Assembly (NCBI GenBank): GCA_951406725.2
Contig: OX597824.1
Span: 248,001 to 312,000, forward strand
Length of the DNA stretch: 64,000 bases
Origin: Octopus vulgaris
Taxonomy: Eukaryota
Direction: 5' to 3'
Notes under the pieces: generated by a model
The model's input: the letters and a program-made list of their open reading frames with translations, nothing else
Database searches by the model: none
What the model was told of the DNA's origin: nothing
Made by a program: the position numbers and the translations under genes
Shown: piece after piece, positions 36,871 through 49,828 of the stretch
Layout: every line of letters begins with the position of its first letter
How positions within the stretch are numbered: position 1 is the first letter of the stretch

Positions 36871-39800
36871 CCATCAGGTCCTTCCAATCAAATGTCTTGG
36901 CGCTTCTTTTCCCAACTATCATCCTTGATATTCACCACTTGTCTGCACCAGTTCAGGATTCTTTCTTGCAAACCACATTTAATTTCACTTATTCTTAACT
37001 TTTCTCTTGACTTGTGTTCCATCATTCATATACTCTCATCATCATCATCATTTTAACATTTACTTTCCCATGCTTGCATTGGTCCAACAAGACTATGTTG
37101 GGGCAGAGTTATTCTGTGGTTTGATGGCCTTCAAGGTTTCAATTCCCACATATCTCCCAGCAACGTAACAGTCCCCTAAATGATCAAAATATGGACAGCC
37201 TGGACATTGTTGTGCAGAGAACAGGAAAGAAATGATGCTGCTTGAATGCATTTTTTATTTACAAGGATCATGCAACATGGCAAGAATCCCAGCTGTACAC
37301 TTGTGGTTGACTGGAAGCAAACTGCTTGGCTTGTAAGAGCAGCGATGCAACCATTTATGCAGACAAGAAATCCATGTGTAGACAAGCAGAAGTACAAACT
37401 CACTCACACAAACACACTTATAAATATTGTCCCTCTTTAGAATTAGTTGATAGTTTTTGTTACCTAGGTGACAAAATTAGTTGTAGAAGGAATGCTGCTA
37501 ACAAAGAGTTTTTCTCTCAGAGTGAAAGGCCAAATGTACCAAGCGCTACGTTGCATCCTAATGAAACATGAATACTGAATGTGAAGTATGTGCAAACGAT
37601 GGAAATAAATGAAGTAAATATACTCCTTTAAATATGTGGTTCAAAAGTTCATTTCTGAATCACATGGTTAAGGGATCTATTCCACTACTCAACAGTAGCC
37701 TGAAAGCTTTAGGGTTAAAGTCCTAATTAAAATTTTGTTAATTAAAGTTTTGCTTTTTGTCAATGCGCATATCTAGACCTGTGTGCCATCAGAGGGCAAA
37801 GAACCACTTGATTCTACAAAGTGGTCCACTGCTATACACCAAATAGAGAGCGCTGTGACTATATACTATATAACAATTCTATTCTATACAAAATAGTTAA
37901 ATACTATGCAGCCATTCACTGCTCTACAGCAAATAATAATGGTTTCTAACTTAGAGACAAGGCCAACAATTTTGAGGTAGTGGTGGTCAGGGAAGGAGAG
38001 TAGTGAATACCATTGACTCTGTTTTATCAACCATCAAAAGGCTGAATGGCAGTGTTGTCCCTTGTGGTATATGAACTCAAATGTTAAGAGCCTGAACAAA
38101 TATTGCAGGGCTTTCTTATTTTTTTCTGCTACTCTTCTGATTCTGCCATTCTCTGTCAATTTACCGTTAATGATGTTGAAAATAATGCAAATGACTCCTG
38201 TTTACAAGTCATATTAAGATCCAGAAAGGCGTGGGATGAGGTGGTGAAGCTTGATCTTTGGATGTTTCATGGAGGGGATGACAAGTGATCAGGACCTTTG
38301 GAGATTTGCTTGAGAAGTTTTGTCAAACCAAGTGGAATTGTAGTCATGGCCAGTAGTGGTGACATGAGGAGTGGTTGGCATTAGGAAGGGCATCCAGCCA
38401 TAGAAACTAAACCAAAATCAAATGACTGGAGCCTGGTGCAGATCTCTGGCTTACCAGTTCCAGTCAAACTGTCCAACCCATGCCAACATGGAAAGCAGAT
38501 GCTAAATGATGATTAAAATTAATTCTACATTGAAAAGGGTGAAAAATCTCATTCTAAAATTCCTGTTGATTCCTGTATTTTCTTTGCATAAAATCGTTAA
38601 TCTGTGGTTATTAGAATTAATGATTATTGATGAAGCTGTGGCATTAAGATATTAGTGTTTTAGGAAGAGTCATTCCTTTTGAATTAAAAAGATTGTCATT
38701 TGGAAATTGTGCTCCCAAGATGTTTGTTTGAAAATGGATTAAAAACAATGTAATGACAATTAACTAATGAAGAAATAGCAAAAGAATACACACACACACA
38801 CACATTCATCCATTCATACAGGGAATCACCTTTATTTAGTACTATTGGCTTGTGTGTGTGTGTTGTGGGCTTAGTGAAAGTACACCAACTAATTTCTAGT
38901 TGTTTTTAGTCAGCCATCACCTGTGAATAAATATGTCTGGACTCCATCATCCGATGCTCATTACTTTAAGTGCTTCTGTAGTTGCCAGCAGGCAGAGGCA
39001 CCTCCTCCTGCATCTCAGTTTTTGACCCAGAGACACATCTTGGATATATGACAGCTCGAGGAAGGCAGACATGCAGAGCAGCACCAATGGCTGGTACTCA
39101 TTATCAGCTGAAGCTGGAGCAGCATAAAATAAAGTGCAGGAATTGAACCCACAACATAGTGATTATGAGTCAGACACCCTAACCACTGGTGTACATTCTT
39201 GCATGAAATCATGTTCTTTATTTGCAACCCATTTGAGGATGGTTGATTGGCAGAATTGCCTTTCATCCTTTCGGGGTCGATAAATTAAGTACCAGTTATG
39301 TACTGGGGTCGATGTAATTGACTTAATCCCTTTGTCTGTTCTTGTTTGTCCCCTCTATGTTTAGTCCCTTGTGGGCAATAAACAAATAAGAATTGTCAAA
39401 GCATCAGACGAAATACATTTTGGCATGTACAATCCTTTATGTTCTGAGTTCAAATCGTACTGAAGTTAACTTTACCTTTCATCATTTCTGGCTTGATAAA
39501 TACAGGAGTTGATGTGAGATTGACTGACTCCCTGCCATCACAATTGCTTGCAGTGTACACATCATCATCATTTTAAAGTCTACTTTTCCATGCTTGCATG
39601 GGTCAGACAGACTTTGTTGAGGCAAATTTTCTATATCTGAATGGGCTTCGTCCCATCAACCAGCAGCTGTTTCCAAATAAGCTAATATTTCCCCATAACT
39701 GTAATGCTTGTTTATAATCATAACTTGATGTCAAACCTGGCTGTGCTCACACACACACACGTATATACATATGGGCTCATTTCGGTTTCCGTCTACCAAA

Positions 39801-39911
39801 TCCTTTTACAAGACTTTACCTGGCCCCTACTATAGTAGAAGACACTTGCCCAAGGTGCCATGCAGTACAAGTGAATCTGAAACCACATGATTGGAGACCA
39901 TGCAGCCACAA

Positions 39912-42900
39912 TCATCATCATTTAGTGTCCGCTTTCCATGCTGGCATGGGTTGGACGGTTCAACTGGGGTCTGGGAAGCCAGAAGGCTGCACCAGGCCCA
40001 GTCTGATCTGGCAATGTTTCTACGGCTGGATGCCCTTCCTAACGCCAACCACTCCATGAGTGTAGTTGGTGCTTTTTACGTGCCACCGGCACAGATGCCA
40101 GACGACGCTGGCAATGGCCACGATCAGATGGTGCTTTTTACGTGTCACCAGCACGGAGGCCAGGCGAGGCTGGCAACGGCCATGATCAGATGGTGCTTTT
40201 TACGTGCCACCGGCACGGGGACCAGTCGGGGCGGCACTGGCAACGGCCATGTTCGGATGGTTCTCTTATGTTCCACCGGCACTGGTATCACAGCTACAAT
40301 TTCCATTGTTGTTGATCGATTTTGATTTTGATTTTCACTTGCCTCAACAGGTCTTCACAAGTAGAGTTTTGTGTTCCAAGAAGGAAAGGTATGCATAAGT
40401 GGACTGAGGCCACGTGTTATGGTCTCACTTGTCCTGCCGGGTCTTCTCACGCACAGCATACTTCCAAAGGTCTTGGTCTCTTGTCATTTCCTCGGTGAAA
40501 CCTAAAGTTCGAAGGTCGTGCTTCACCACCTCATCCCAGGTTTTCCTGGGTCTACCTCTTCCATAGGTTCCCTCAACCGCTAGGGTGTGGCACTTTTTCA
40601 CACAACTATCTTAATTGTAGCTGTGATACTAGTGCCGGTAGCACGTAAGAGAACCATCCGAACGTGGCCATTGCCAGTGCCACCCCGACTGGCCTCCGTG
40701 CCGGTGGCACGTAAAAAGCACCATCCGATCGTGGTCGTTTGCCAGCCTTGTCTGGCACCTGTGCGTAAAAAGCACCCACTATACTCACGGAGTGGTTGGC
40801 GTTAGGAAGGGCATCCAGCTGTAGAAACACTGCCAGATCAGACTGGGCCTGGCGCAGCCTTCTGGCTTCCCAGACCCCAGTTGAACCGTCCAACCCATGC
40901 TAGCATGGAAAATGGACGTTAAACGATGATGATGATATCTTCATCCATTCTCGCCACATGACCATACCAGCGCAAATGTCTCTCTTGCACACCACAACTG
41001 ATGCTTCTTAGGTTCAACTTTTCTCTCCAGGTACTTACACTCTGTCGAGTATGAACACTGACATTACACATCCATCGGAGCATACTGACTTCATTTCTTG
41101 CGAGCTTATGCATATCCTCAGCAGTCACGGCCCATGTTTCACTGCCATGTAGCATGGCTGTTCGTACACATGCATCATACAGTCTGCCTTTTACTCTGAG
41201 CGAGAGGCCTTTTGTCCCTAGCACAGGTAAGAGCTCTCTGAACTTTGCCCTGGCTATTCTTACTCTAGCAGTTACACTTTCAACACACCCGCCCCCGCTA
41301 CTGACTTGGTCTCCTAGGTAACGGAAGCTATCAACTATTTCTAGTTTTTCTCCCTGGAAAGTGGCAGAAGTTGGTCTCAGAGCATTTTCAGTGTTTATTG
41401 TTCCTGAGCATCTGCCACATACAAAAACTATCTTCCTAGTTAGCCTTCCCTTGACGTTGCTGCACCTCTTATGTGTCCATAGCTTACACTTGGTGCATCT
41501 TATAGAGTTTCTACCTATGCCTTTTCTACAGATCAAGCAGGGCCATCTACCTGAAGGCGTTTGTGACTTGTCTACCTTCCTACTTATTAGAACTTTGGTT
41601 TTAGCTAGGTTGACTCTAAGGCCCTTCGATTCTAATCCTTGCTTCCACACCTGAAACTTCTCCTCCAGTTCTGATAGTGACTCAGCAATTAGAGCAAGGT
41701 CATCAGCGTAGAGGAGCTCCCAGGAGCATCCTGTCTTGAATTCCTCCATTATTGCCTGGAGGACTATGATAAATAGGAGGGGGCTGAGGACTGAACCTTG
41801 GTGGACCCCTACCTCTACCCGGAATTCTTCACTACTCGTTGCCAACCCTCACCTTACTAGCAGCATCCCTGTACATGGCTTGCACAGCTCTCACTAACCA
41901 TTCATCTATCCCTAGTTTCCTCATTGACCACCAGATAAGGGATCGGGGGACCCTGTCGAAGGCTTTCTCCATGTCAACGAAAGCCAGGTACAGGGGCTTA
42001 TCTTTGGCTAGATATTTCTCCTGCAGCTGTCTTACCAGGAATAGAGCATCAGTGGTGCTTTTCCCTGGCACGAACCTAAACTGCATCTCATCTAAACTGA
42101 CTCTCTCTCTATTTAGTTGGGCTATGACCCTCTCCGTAACCTTCATTACTTGATCCAGCAACTTGATACCTCTGTAATTATTTGTATCTAGGGCGTCACC
42201 TTTACCTTTGTAGCAGTTGACTATTATGCTGCTACACCAGTCATTGGGTATGACTCCTTCGTGTATCACCTAGTTAACTATACGGGTGACTAGGCTATAG
42301 CCGACACTACCAGATATTTTGAGCATCTCTGCAGTAATTCCTGATGGGCCTGGGGCTTTCCCTGTCTTCATGCTTCTAATTGCTTTAACTACCAAGGAAC
42401 TGTCAACTCGGATAGCTAGTCCCTCTGTTGGGTCGACATTCGGCAGACTCTCTTTATCCCATTCATTTTCTTTATTCAGCAACCTTTCATCGTGGCGTCT
42501 CCAAACCTCTCTCTTTGCATCCTCATTTAGCACAAGTGAACCATCATCCATGCGAACACATTTCTCTCCTACAACATCACGATTCTCTCTCGCACACTGT
42601 CTTGCAACACGAAATACCTCAAGTCTTTGGTCCTCACGGCGCAGAACATTGGCAAATTTTTTCTTATCTGTTTCCCCTCTGGCTAAATAAACCTGTCTCC
42701 TAGTTTTTCTTTTGGCAGTCTGATACAATTCCCTGCTACCCCCATTCTTCCAGTCCTTCCAATCCTGTCTCTTTTCTCTAATAGCCCTGTCTACAACATT
42801 GTTCCACCACCACGTTATTTTGGGTCGAGAGGGAACTTTGCATCAGCCACAGATCTGGTCAGTGGCTCTCAACAGGTTGTCCCTTAGAATCCTCCAGTTG

Positions 42901-43697
42901 TCTTCTACCCCATGTGAAGCTATATCCCCTTCTACTTCGTCAAAGGCTTCAAGTAATATGTCCCTAAATCTCTGTCCATTCGCAGGATCCTTAAACTTCC
43001 AGATCCTTCTTCTCCATGTTGGTCGTCTTCTGGTTGTCCTCTTAGTCCTGATCCTAAAGTCACTAACTACCAGTCTATGTTGTGGGGTACATTCTTCACC
43101 CGGGAAGGTTTTGACATTTATAAGCAGCCATCTTTCCCTTTTCCTGGCAAGGATGTAGTCGATTTGGCTAGTATGTCAACCCGATCGGAAGGTGACCAGT
43201 AGGTTTCCTGAAGTTAGTGTTGCAAACCATAAAATCATTTGCATTGCAGAACTCCAGCAGCTTGGTTCCCTCCTCATTGCGGGAACCATAACCATAGCCT
43301 CCATGTACACCATGGAAGCCCCCAGCATGTCGTGCAACATGCCCATTGAAATCACCAGCTGCAAAGAGAAGGTCTCTGTCGTTCGTCAACGAGGTAGTCT
43401 GCAGTAGGGCGTCATAGAATTGGTCTTTCTGTCCATCGGGTAGCCCCGGCTGAGGGGCATAGGCTGATATAATGGTTGCTAATCCATGATGAAGCACTAA
43501 TCTAATCTTAAGTATTCTGTCACATACTCTGATTACCTCAATTATCTTATCTACCCATTTTTCAGCGAGAAGTATACCCACGCCCCCAACCCTGTCAGTG
43601 TTCCCTGCCCAGAAAATCTTGTACCTGTGTTCTTTGCCTGTGAGGAACTTAGCAGAACCTCCTCTCCACCTTACTTCTTGGATGCAACATATATCAA
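39912..43697 (-). mobile_element. RTE-clade LINE, second long copy (several stops and frameshifts), antisense to PALS1
   Basis: ORF pieces 43168-43785, 42270-42728, 41832-42269 and 40919-41845 are nearly identical in protein to the + copy; CACAA TSD (39907-39911, 43698-43702). Confidence 0.95.
40613..40936 (+). mobile_element. 3'-UTR-only RTE copy inserted in opposite orientation into the second LINE copy
   Basis: Modules, 3' core and (GAT)n tail; ATCTT duplicated on both sides; interrupts the host MDEDSCVKK coding sequence. Confidence 0.85.
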
Positions 43698-44254
43698 CAC
43701 AAATTATTTGCGTGTATGTATGTGTTATAAGGATTATTGCCTCTGACCCTTGCAAACCCTTCAAGACCGGTGAACTTGATGCCATTAATGTTCAGTTTAA
43801 AATGTCGCTGGTTAACACCACAGCCCAGACATGATCTAGGAAGAAAGGGCTGATGCTCAATGAGAAACTAGGCATAGTTGTTAGTGTAGCACCTTGTAGC
43901 AGGAAATGGTTTCTTCAAGAAGGATAATGAAAGGAAGAGAGATAGGAGTAGATTGGGCATGTCTGAGTGGGTGGAGGTACAGCTTTGAGAACAGACATCA
44001 TCATAATAACAGTAGAAAAGATAGAGACAACGTACTAATTGGTCTGAGGCCAGAAGATGTCCATTAGTGATTGGATGTTACTTAATTGTTTAGTGTTTGC
44101 CATTTAATGAATTAATCATTTAAGTTATTCATTCATTTCACTGCAACTACAAAATGCAACCCAATATTATTATTATTATTATTATTAAACTGATTATGAG
44201 TCTCCCATGTTAAAATTTCTTCTTATTAAGATACATCTCTTGATTTTTATTCAG

Positions 44255-44416
44255 ATAATGACGAAATCCTTACTTATGAAGAGGTGGCACAATATTTGCC
44301 ACAACCACACCGAAAACGCCCCATCGTCCTCATCGGTCCACCACGTGTCGGCCGTGTTGATTTGCGTGAAAGGTTGATGGCAACGGATTACAATCGCTTT
44401 GCAGCTGCAGTTCCCC
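44255..44416 (+). CDS. PALS1: PALS1 exon G (HOOK end, GUK start)
   Basis: ttcag|AT...CCCC|gtaagt, 162 nt, phase 1/1; (D)NDEILTYEEVAQYLPQPHRKRPIVLIGPPRVGRVDLRERLMATDYNRFAAAVP; degenerate P-loop typical of MAGUK GUK domains. Confidence 0.95.
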
Positions 44417-45007
44417 GTAAGTTGTCCAAAGTTTTATTAATATTAATAAAGAGGATTTCTCCAATGAAGGTCTTTGAACATACGTGCACGTGTTGAATGT
44501 TGTTGTTCACCTAAGTTCATGTGTGACTGTGTGGTAAGATGCTTGCTTCTCAACCACATGTTCATGTACACATGGACATGTCCCAGGTTAAATCCCACTG
44601 CTCAGCACCTTGGGCAAGTGTCCACTACTGCAGTCCTGAGCTGACCAATGCCTTATGAATGGATTGGCTGGATGGAAACTGAAAGAAATCCATCGTGTGT
44701 GTGTGTAAGCCGTAAGTCTTCATCACCTACCATTATACACCATGCCAAACATGGTCAAAAGCCTTTTTAAGCAAAACAATCAGAATTCTTTGGCGCAGCA
44801 GTGAGTGTTTGACAAGGATATCTCCTCTCTGCAGTGCTTTTCAGCATCTTCCTGAAGAACATCATGCAAGAGACATGTCAAGACCTCCACCTCTGCTTCC
44901 ATTGGTGGAGAGGTGGAACCACAAGAGCTCACCACCAGACTGAAAAAAAGTGTTAGAAGCATATGGGATTGATATGAGCCCAGAAAAGAGCAAGGTCCTG
45001 GTTAATA

Positions 45008-46712
45008 TTGGGCTGGTGCATAATTATTGTGGCTTTTTTCAACAAATTTTATTCAACAAAAACAATATTTAACAAAAACATCTGACGATTTGACTGTCGA
45101 CCAAGCAAATGGGAAGCAGTAATTGAAGTAGGTGGTGAATATGCTCCGGAATAATCATTTAAAGATGTTTTTGTTGTATAAAATTTGTTGAAAAAAAGTT
45201 GCAATAACACAAGGTAATACATGTTTTGTTTATTTGTATTTTTTGATATTCATATATGCATTTTTTGCCACTAAATTCAAAAATCACATTCGTTTTGACG
45301 TAACATTGATAGTTATTTATTTATTCCTAATTTCATATTTGCTCGTTATATTTGTAACTTTTCTCTACAGCACTTCGTTGTTTCAGTCTATTCTAGTATT
45401 GTAAGGATAATTACTCAACATTTAGTACTTTTTCATATATTGAAAGGCATTTAGGAAGTATAATATTAGTTAGAACAAAAAGAAACAATAAAACTCCGCA
45501 CTGTAAATGCCTTGATAACACTTTTCTTAAGATGAGAAGTGCTTTGACGATCGATATTTTCTGGAGTGTATACCTTCATCTCTTCTGACTAGAGACCATA
45601 TATAATCTCCCATCATAGCAGTATCCCATCGTCCTTCGTATCTCCTTTCCATCGTTGCGATGTCCTGATGAAATCTTTCACCATGCTCTTCACTGACATC
45701 ACCCAAGTTTTCGGGAAAAAAATCTAAGTGAGGATGCAAAAAATGAACCTTTAAGGACATACGACAACCCCACTTTCTTGAAGTTTTCAATAAGCTTTGC
45801 TACCAGCTGTTTGTAATTAGGATCCTTGTTACTCCCTGGAAATCCACGAACTACATCACAAAATGCACACCAAGCTTCTTTTTCAACTTTTCTCATCGCT
45901 CTTTCCAGTTTCTTCGACTTTAACATTGCATTTACTTGGGGCCCAACAAATATGCCACCCTTGATCTTAGCCTCAGATAGCTTTGGAAACATAAAGCAAA
46001 TTTCTTGAAAAGCTTCTCCTCTAAAATCTAAGGCCTTCACAAACTGTTTTACCAATCCGAGTTTGATATGAAGTGGGGGTAATAAGATTTTGTTGGAATC
46101 TACTAGAGGCTGTTTGAGAACATTTAACATTCCTGGCTGCAGTTCCACTCGTGGGGGCCAATATACTCTCTTGTAATGATCATCATCATCTCTGCTGTCC
46201 CATAAGCAAAGGAAACATGAATACTTCGTGTATCCCCCTTGCAAGCCAAGCAAGAAGGCAAGCATCTTGAAATCACCACAAACATTCCACTTGAACTCAG
46301 CGTAATTTATTTTGTCGAGAAGTTCTTTGACATTATCATAATTTTCTTTCTTCTGTATGGAGTGTGCAAGAGGCAAAGAAGGATATTTATTTCCATTGTG
46401 GAGCAACACTGCTTTGAGACTTCATGTTGAGCTATCTATGAACTGTTGCCATTCTGCAGAATCATGCTTGAGTCCAATAGCAGTAAACAAACCAATCGCA
46501 TCTTTACAATAACACAGATCATTAATATTTTCATCGTAAATTTCAAATTCTTCATGGTTTTTCTAGTACACATTTTTTTAACTGTTGATACAGAAAAAAT
46601 AATTTCAATTTTGGAATCAGCAGAAAAAATGGATTGATAAACAATTAAAAAAATACAATAAACAAATTTGTTTTTGAAAATTGTTACGCTGTGTAATTAT
46701 GCACCAACCCAG
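45008..46712. mobile_element. Mariner-derived MITE (right TIR interrupted by the Chapaev element)
   Basis: TA|TTGGGCTGGTGCATAATTATTG ... CAATAA[insert]TAATTATGCACCAACCCAG|TA; internal relic PSKWEAVIEVGGEY*-like mariner C-terminus. Confidence 0.8.
45208..46693 (-). mobile_element. CMC/Chapaev(3)-type DNA transposon, internally deleted, frameshifted transposase
   Basis: Motifs LLGLQGGYTKYSCFLCLWDSR, LPPLHIKLGLVKQFVKAL, MSLKVHFLH.HLDFFPENLGDVSEEHGERFHQDI; termini CAC...GTG; 3-bp TSD TAA. Confidence 0.85.
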
Positions 46713-47445
46713 TAGTATCAACCAAGACACAACAACCAACATAATATTAAATGGAGAGAAATGTGATGAAGTGGATATGCTAAATTACCGAGGATCCTAT
46801 TTGACTAAGGACAGCAGATCTCAAAAGGAGATAACAAGACTCGGTTTGGCCTCTGCTGCTATGGTAAAGCTGAATACCATATGGAAAATCAGTTCCATTA
46901 GTTTTCCAAGTGTACAAGACTTTGATTTTTGATCCTTCTGTATGGGGGATAGAACTGGATTCTTACAGCTGACATGGAGTAAAGAATGCAGGCATTTGAG
47001 TACAAATGTTTCAGAAGGCTGCTGCACATCCAGTACACAGAGTACAAAATGAACAGCTTTGGTCAGGCAGCAAGTCAACAAATACATTGGCACACACAGG
47101 TAAAAAGGTAAAAGCTTGCTTGGTACTGTCTTTTATCCCACCACAACACCCTGCCTAAAACCATTCTTCAGGGCTCAGTTGAGGGAGGCCAAAATTGAGG
47201 CAGACAATGAAAATCTTGGCTTCACAATATCAAGGACAGGACAAGTCACAGTTCAGTGAATCTGCTGGACATGACGAAAAACAGACCAATAGTGGCAGCT
47301 GACCATGAAAGTGTCTCGAGCAGCATCCCGATAACTGGCTGCCTCAGTTTAGGGATTTTGATGAGGATGTTATATGTCTGTTTATGTGTATAGAGTATGT
47401 ATGTGTCTGTAATATATATATATATATATATGTATATATTTGTGG

Positions 47446-47477
<32 letters not shown>

Positions 47478-48658
47478 CATCATCATCATCATCGTTTAAC
47501 GTCTGTTTTCCGCGCTAGCACAGGTTGGACGGTTCGACCGGGGTCTGGGAAGCCAGGGGCTGCACCAGGCTCCAGTCTGATCTGGCAGAGTTTCTACAGC
47601 TGGATGCCCTTCCTATATATATATTGTATGTATGTGTCTGTATGTCATCATCATCATTTAATGTGTATTTTCCATGCTAGCATGGGTCGGATGGTTTGAC
47701 TGAAAACTGGTAAGGCCTGGGGGAGGGTTTGCATCTGGTTCCAATCTGATTTGGCATGGTTTCCATGGATTGATGCCGTTCCAAATGGCAACCGCTCCAA
47801 GCGTGTAGTGGGTGTTTTTTACATGCCACCAGCATGGGTGCCACTGACCATGACTACGGCCTCACTTGGCTTGACAGGTCTATACAAGCATGGTATATCA
47901 CCAAAGACTTCGGTCACCTTTCAGCCACTGTGAGGCCCAATGCTTGAACGGTGCTTTTTACATGCCACCAGCATAGGTGCCAGTCAGATGACGCTGGCAT
48001 CAGCCACCACTATGATTTCACTCAGCTCAACAGGTCTTCACAAGCACAGCATATCACCCAATATTTGAAGGCTACTTTTAACAGGCCTGTTACACGACCC
48101 TAATGTTTGGAGGGTCCTTTTAACGGGCCAGTTGCACAAGGACAAATGAAAGAGAGGCAACAAAGAAGAAGAAATTTCTCACTTTCTCTTTCTAAAAGAC
48201 AATATAAAGACCTAGTGCACTCACTCCAGACAACCAGCTTCACGCAGATATGAAAAGAGAAGCAGCTGAGTAAAAGTCTTTTTCATACATGGCATGAAAA
48301 AATTGTGCACCAGCTGACCTGGTTGCATCAAGTACAGACTTGGAATCACAGCCACCACAACTCAAGGCCAAAATAGTCTAAGATACAGGATGGCCACCAA
48401 TAACACCAGCAGAGGCATCACACCCAATATTTCGTTTGAATATTGGAGATATGGTGCACTTCAACACCAAAACAGTGGTGCCTCAGCATGTCTGCAGCCC
48501 TCAGGCCCGAAACAACCAATGTGTGTGTGTGTGTGTGTGTGTGGAGGGAGAGAGAAAGAGATCAGAAAAATCTGTTAACTTTGCTATTTCTTCAGCTTAT
48601 GATATTTCAGTTCAGCTGAGACTTAATTAATATCACCTCTACCTTTCTTCTTTCATAG

Positions 48659-48861
48659 ATACAAGTCGTTCAAAAAAAAATGGAGAACATGATGGGAAAG
48701 ATTATCATTTTGTCACACGGAATGAATTTAATTATGACATAAGCCAAAACAAGTTCCTTGAATATGGTGAATATGAGAAGAACTATTATGGAACAAGTTT
48801 GGAGGCTGTACGACAAGTCATAAATTGTGGTCAAATATGTATTTTGAACTTACATCCTGAG
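48659..48861 (+). CDS. PALS1: PALS1 exon H (GUK)
   Basis: catag|AT...GAG|gtaagt, 203 nt, phase 1/0; (H)TSRSKKNGEHDGKDYHFVTR...KFLEYGEYEKNYYGTSLEAVRQVINCGQICILNLHPE. Confidence 0.96.
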
Positions 48862-49480
48862 GTAAGTAGTAGTATGGGGTGGGGTGGGGACATGCTCTCT
48901 ATAACAACATGTTGCTGCATCCACTAATTGTTGGTGATTCTGCACACTTGGTGGCTGACATCTGTGCACCCCTCCAACCCATGGATCTGTTTGGATAGTC
49001 GTTGCTGGTGAGGGTTTTACGAGGTCAAAGTGCAAATCCTACTTAAACCTCTTGTAGTCACTTTTTATGACACAGGAAACTGGTTTATTCTATGACACGC
49101 CAGTTTCCACACAGGTAAGGCCCACCTTTTTTTTTCCAGAGGTGATGGGTGCAAAACTCAATGTTCTTTGCACCTTTATTTTGCAAATATTTCTGATTAA
49201 GTATAGCAAAACCAATATTCCAAGGTGAGTCTAAATAGAAGCAGTCACAGTAAGTTCTAATTGCAGAATTGAGTGCAGGGATGGGTTTAGAGCAGCATTT
49301 TGTCCATCTTCACATTCTGAGTTCAAATTCCGCTGAGGTCAACCCTGCTTTTCATCCTTTTGGGGTGGATAAATTAAGTACCAGTGAAACACTGAGGTTA
49401 ATGTATTTCACTAGTCCCCTGCTATTTCAGGTTTTGTGCCTTTAGTAGAAAGGATTATTATCATTATTTTATTATTATTA

Positions 49481-49690
49481 AGGTGGTGAGCTGGCAAAAT
49501 CATTAGCATTGCTGGGCGAAATGCTTAGTGGTACTTTGTCTGCCACTACATTCTGAGTTCAAATTCCACCAAGGTTGACTTTGCTTTTCATATTTTCAGG
49601 CTGTTAAAATAAGTATCTGTTGAAAACTGGGGTCAATGTAATCAACTGGTCCTCTCCTGCAAATTTCAGGCCTTGTGCCTTCAGTAGATT
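49481..49690 (+). mobile_element. SINE with GCCTTTCATCC..GGGGTCGATAAA..AAGTACC-type core (Nin/Deu-like); many copies, e.g. 5925-6110, 6545-6690, 7600-7820, 14690-14886, 25550-25720, 39240-39390, 49310-49455
   Basis: Recurrent ~200-bp dispersed repeat with B-box-like GAGTTCAAAT; the family name is inferred. Confidence 0.7.
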
Positions 49691-49717
49691 TTATTGTTTT
49701 TTTTTGTTTTTTTTCAG

Positions 49718-49828
49718 GCCCTGAAAATCATAAAAGAATCTAATTTGAAACCTTATGTGGTGTTTATTCGTCCTCCAAACTTGGAGACTCTGCGACTTAA
49801 CCTTCAACAACAACAACAAGAGCTCACT
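49718..49828 (+). CDS. PALS1: PALS1 exon I (GUK)
   Basis: ttcag|GCC...ACT|gtaagt, 111 nt, phase 0/0; ALKIIKESNLKPYVVFIRPPNLETLRLNLQQQQQELT. Confidence 0.95.

Larger units (their letters stand above)
44860..47370 (+). mobile_element. Old fragment of a different RTE family (no PHD insert), split by DNA transposons
   Basis: YGIDMSPEKSKVLVN before 45006 continues as INQDTTTNIILNGEKCDEVD.LNY.GS.LTKD.RSQKEI.RLGLASAAM.KL..IWK after 46714. Confidence 0.7.
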
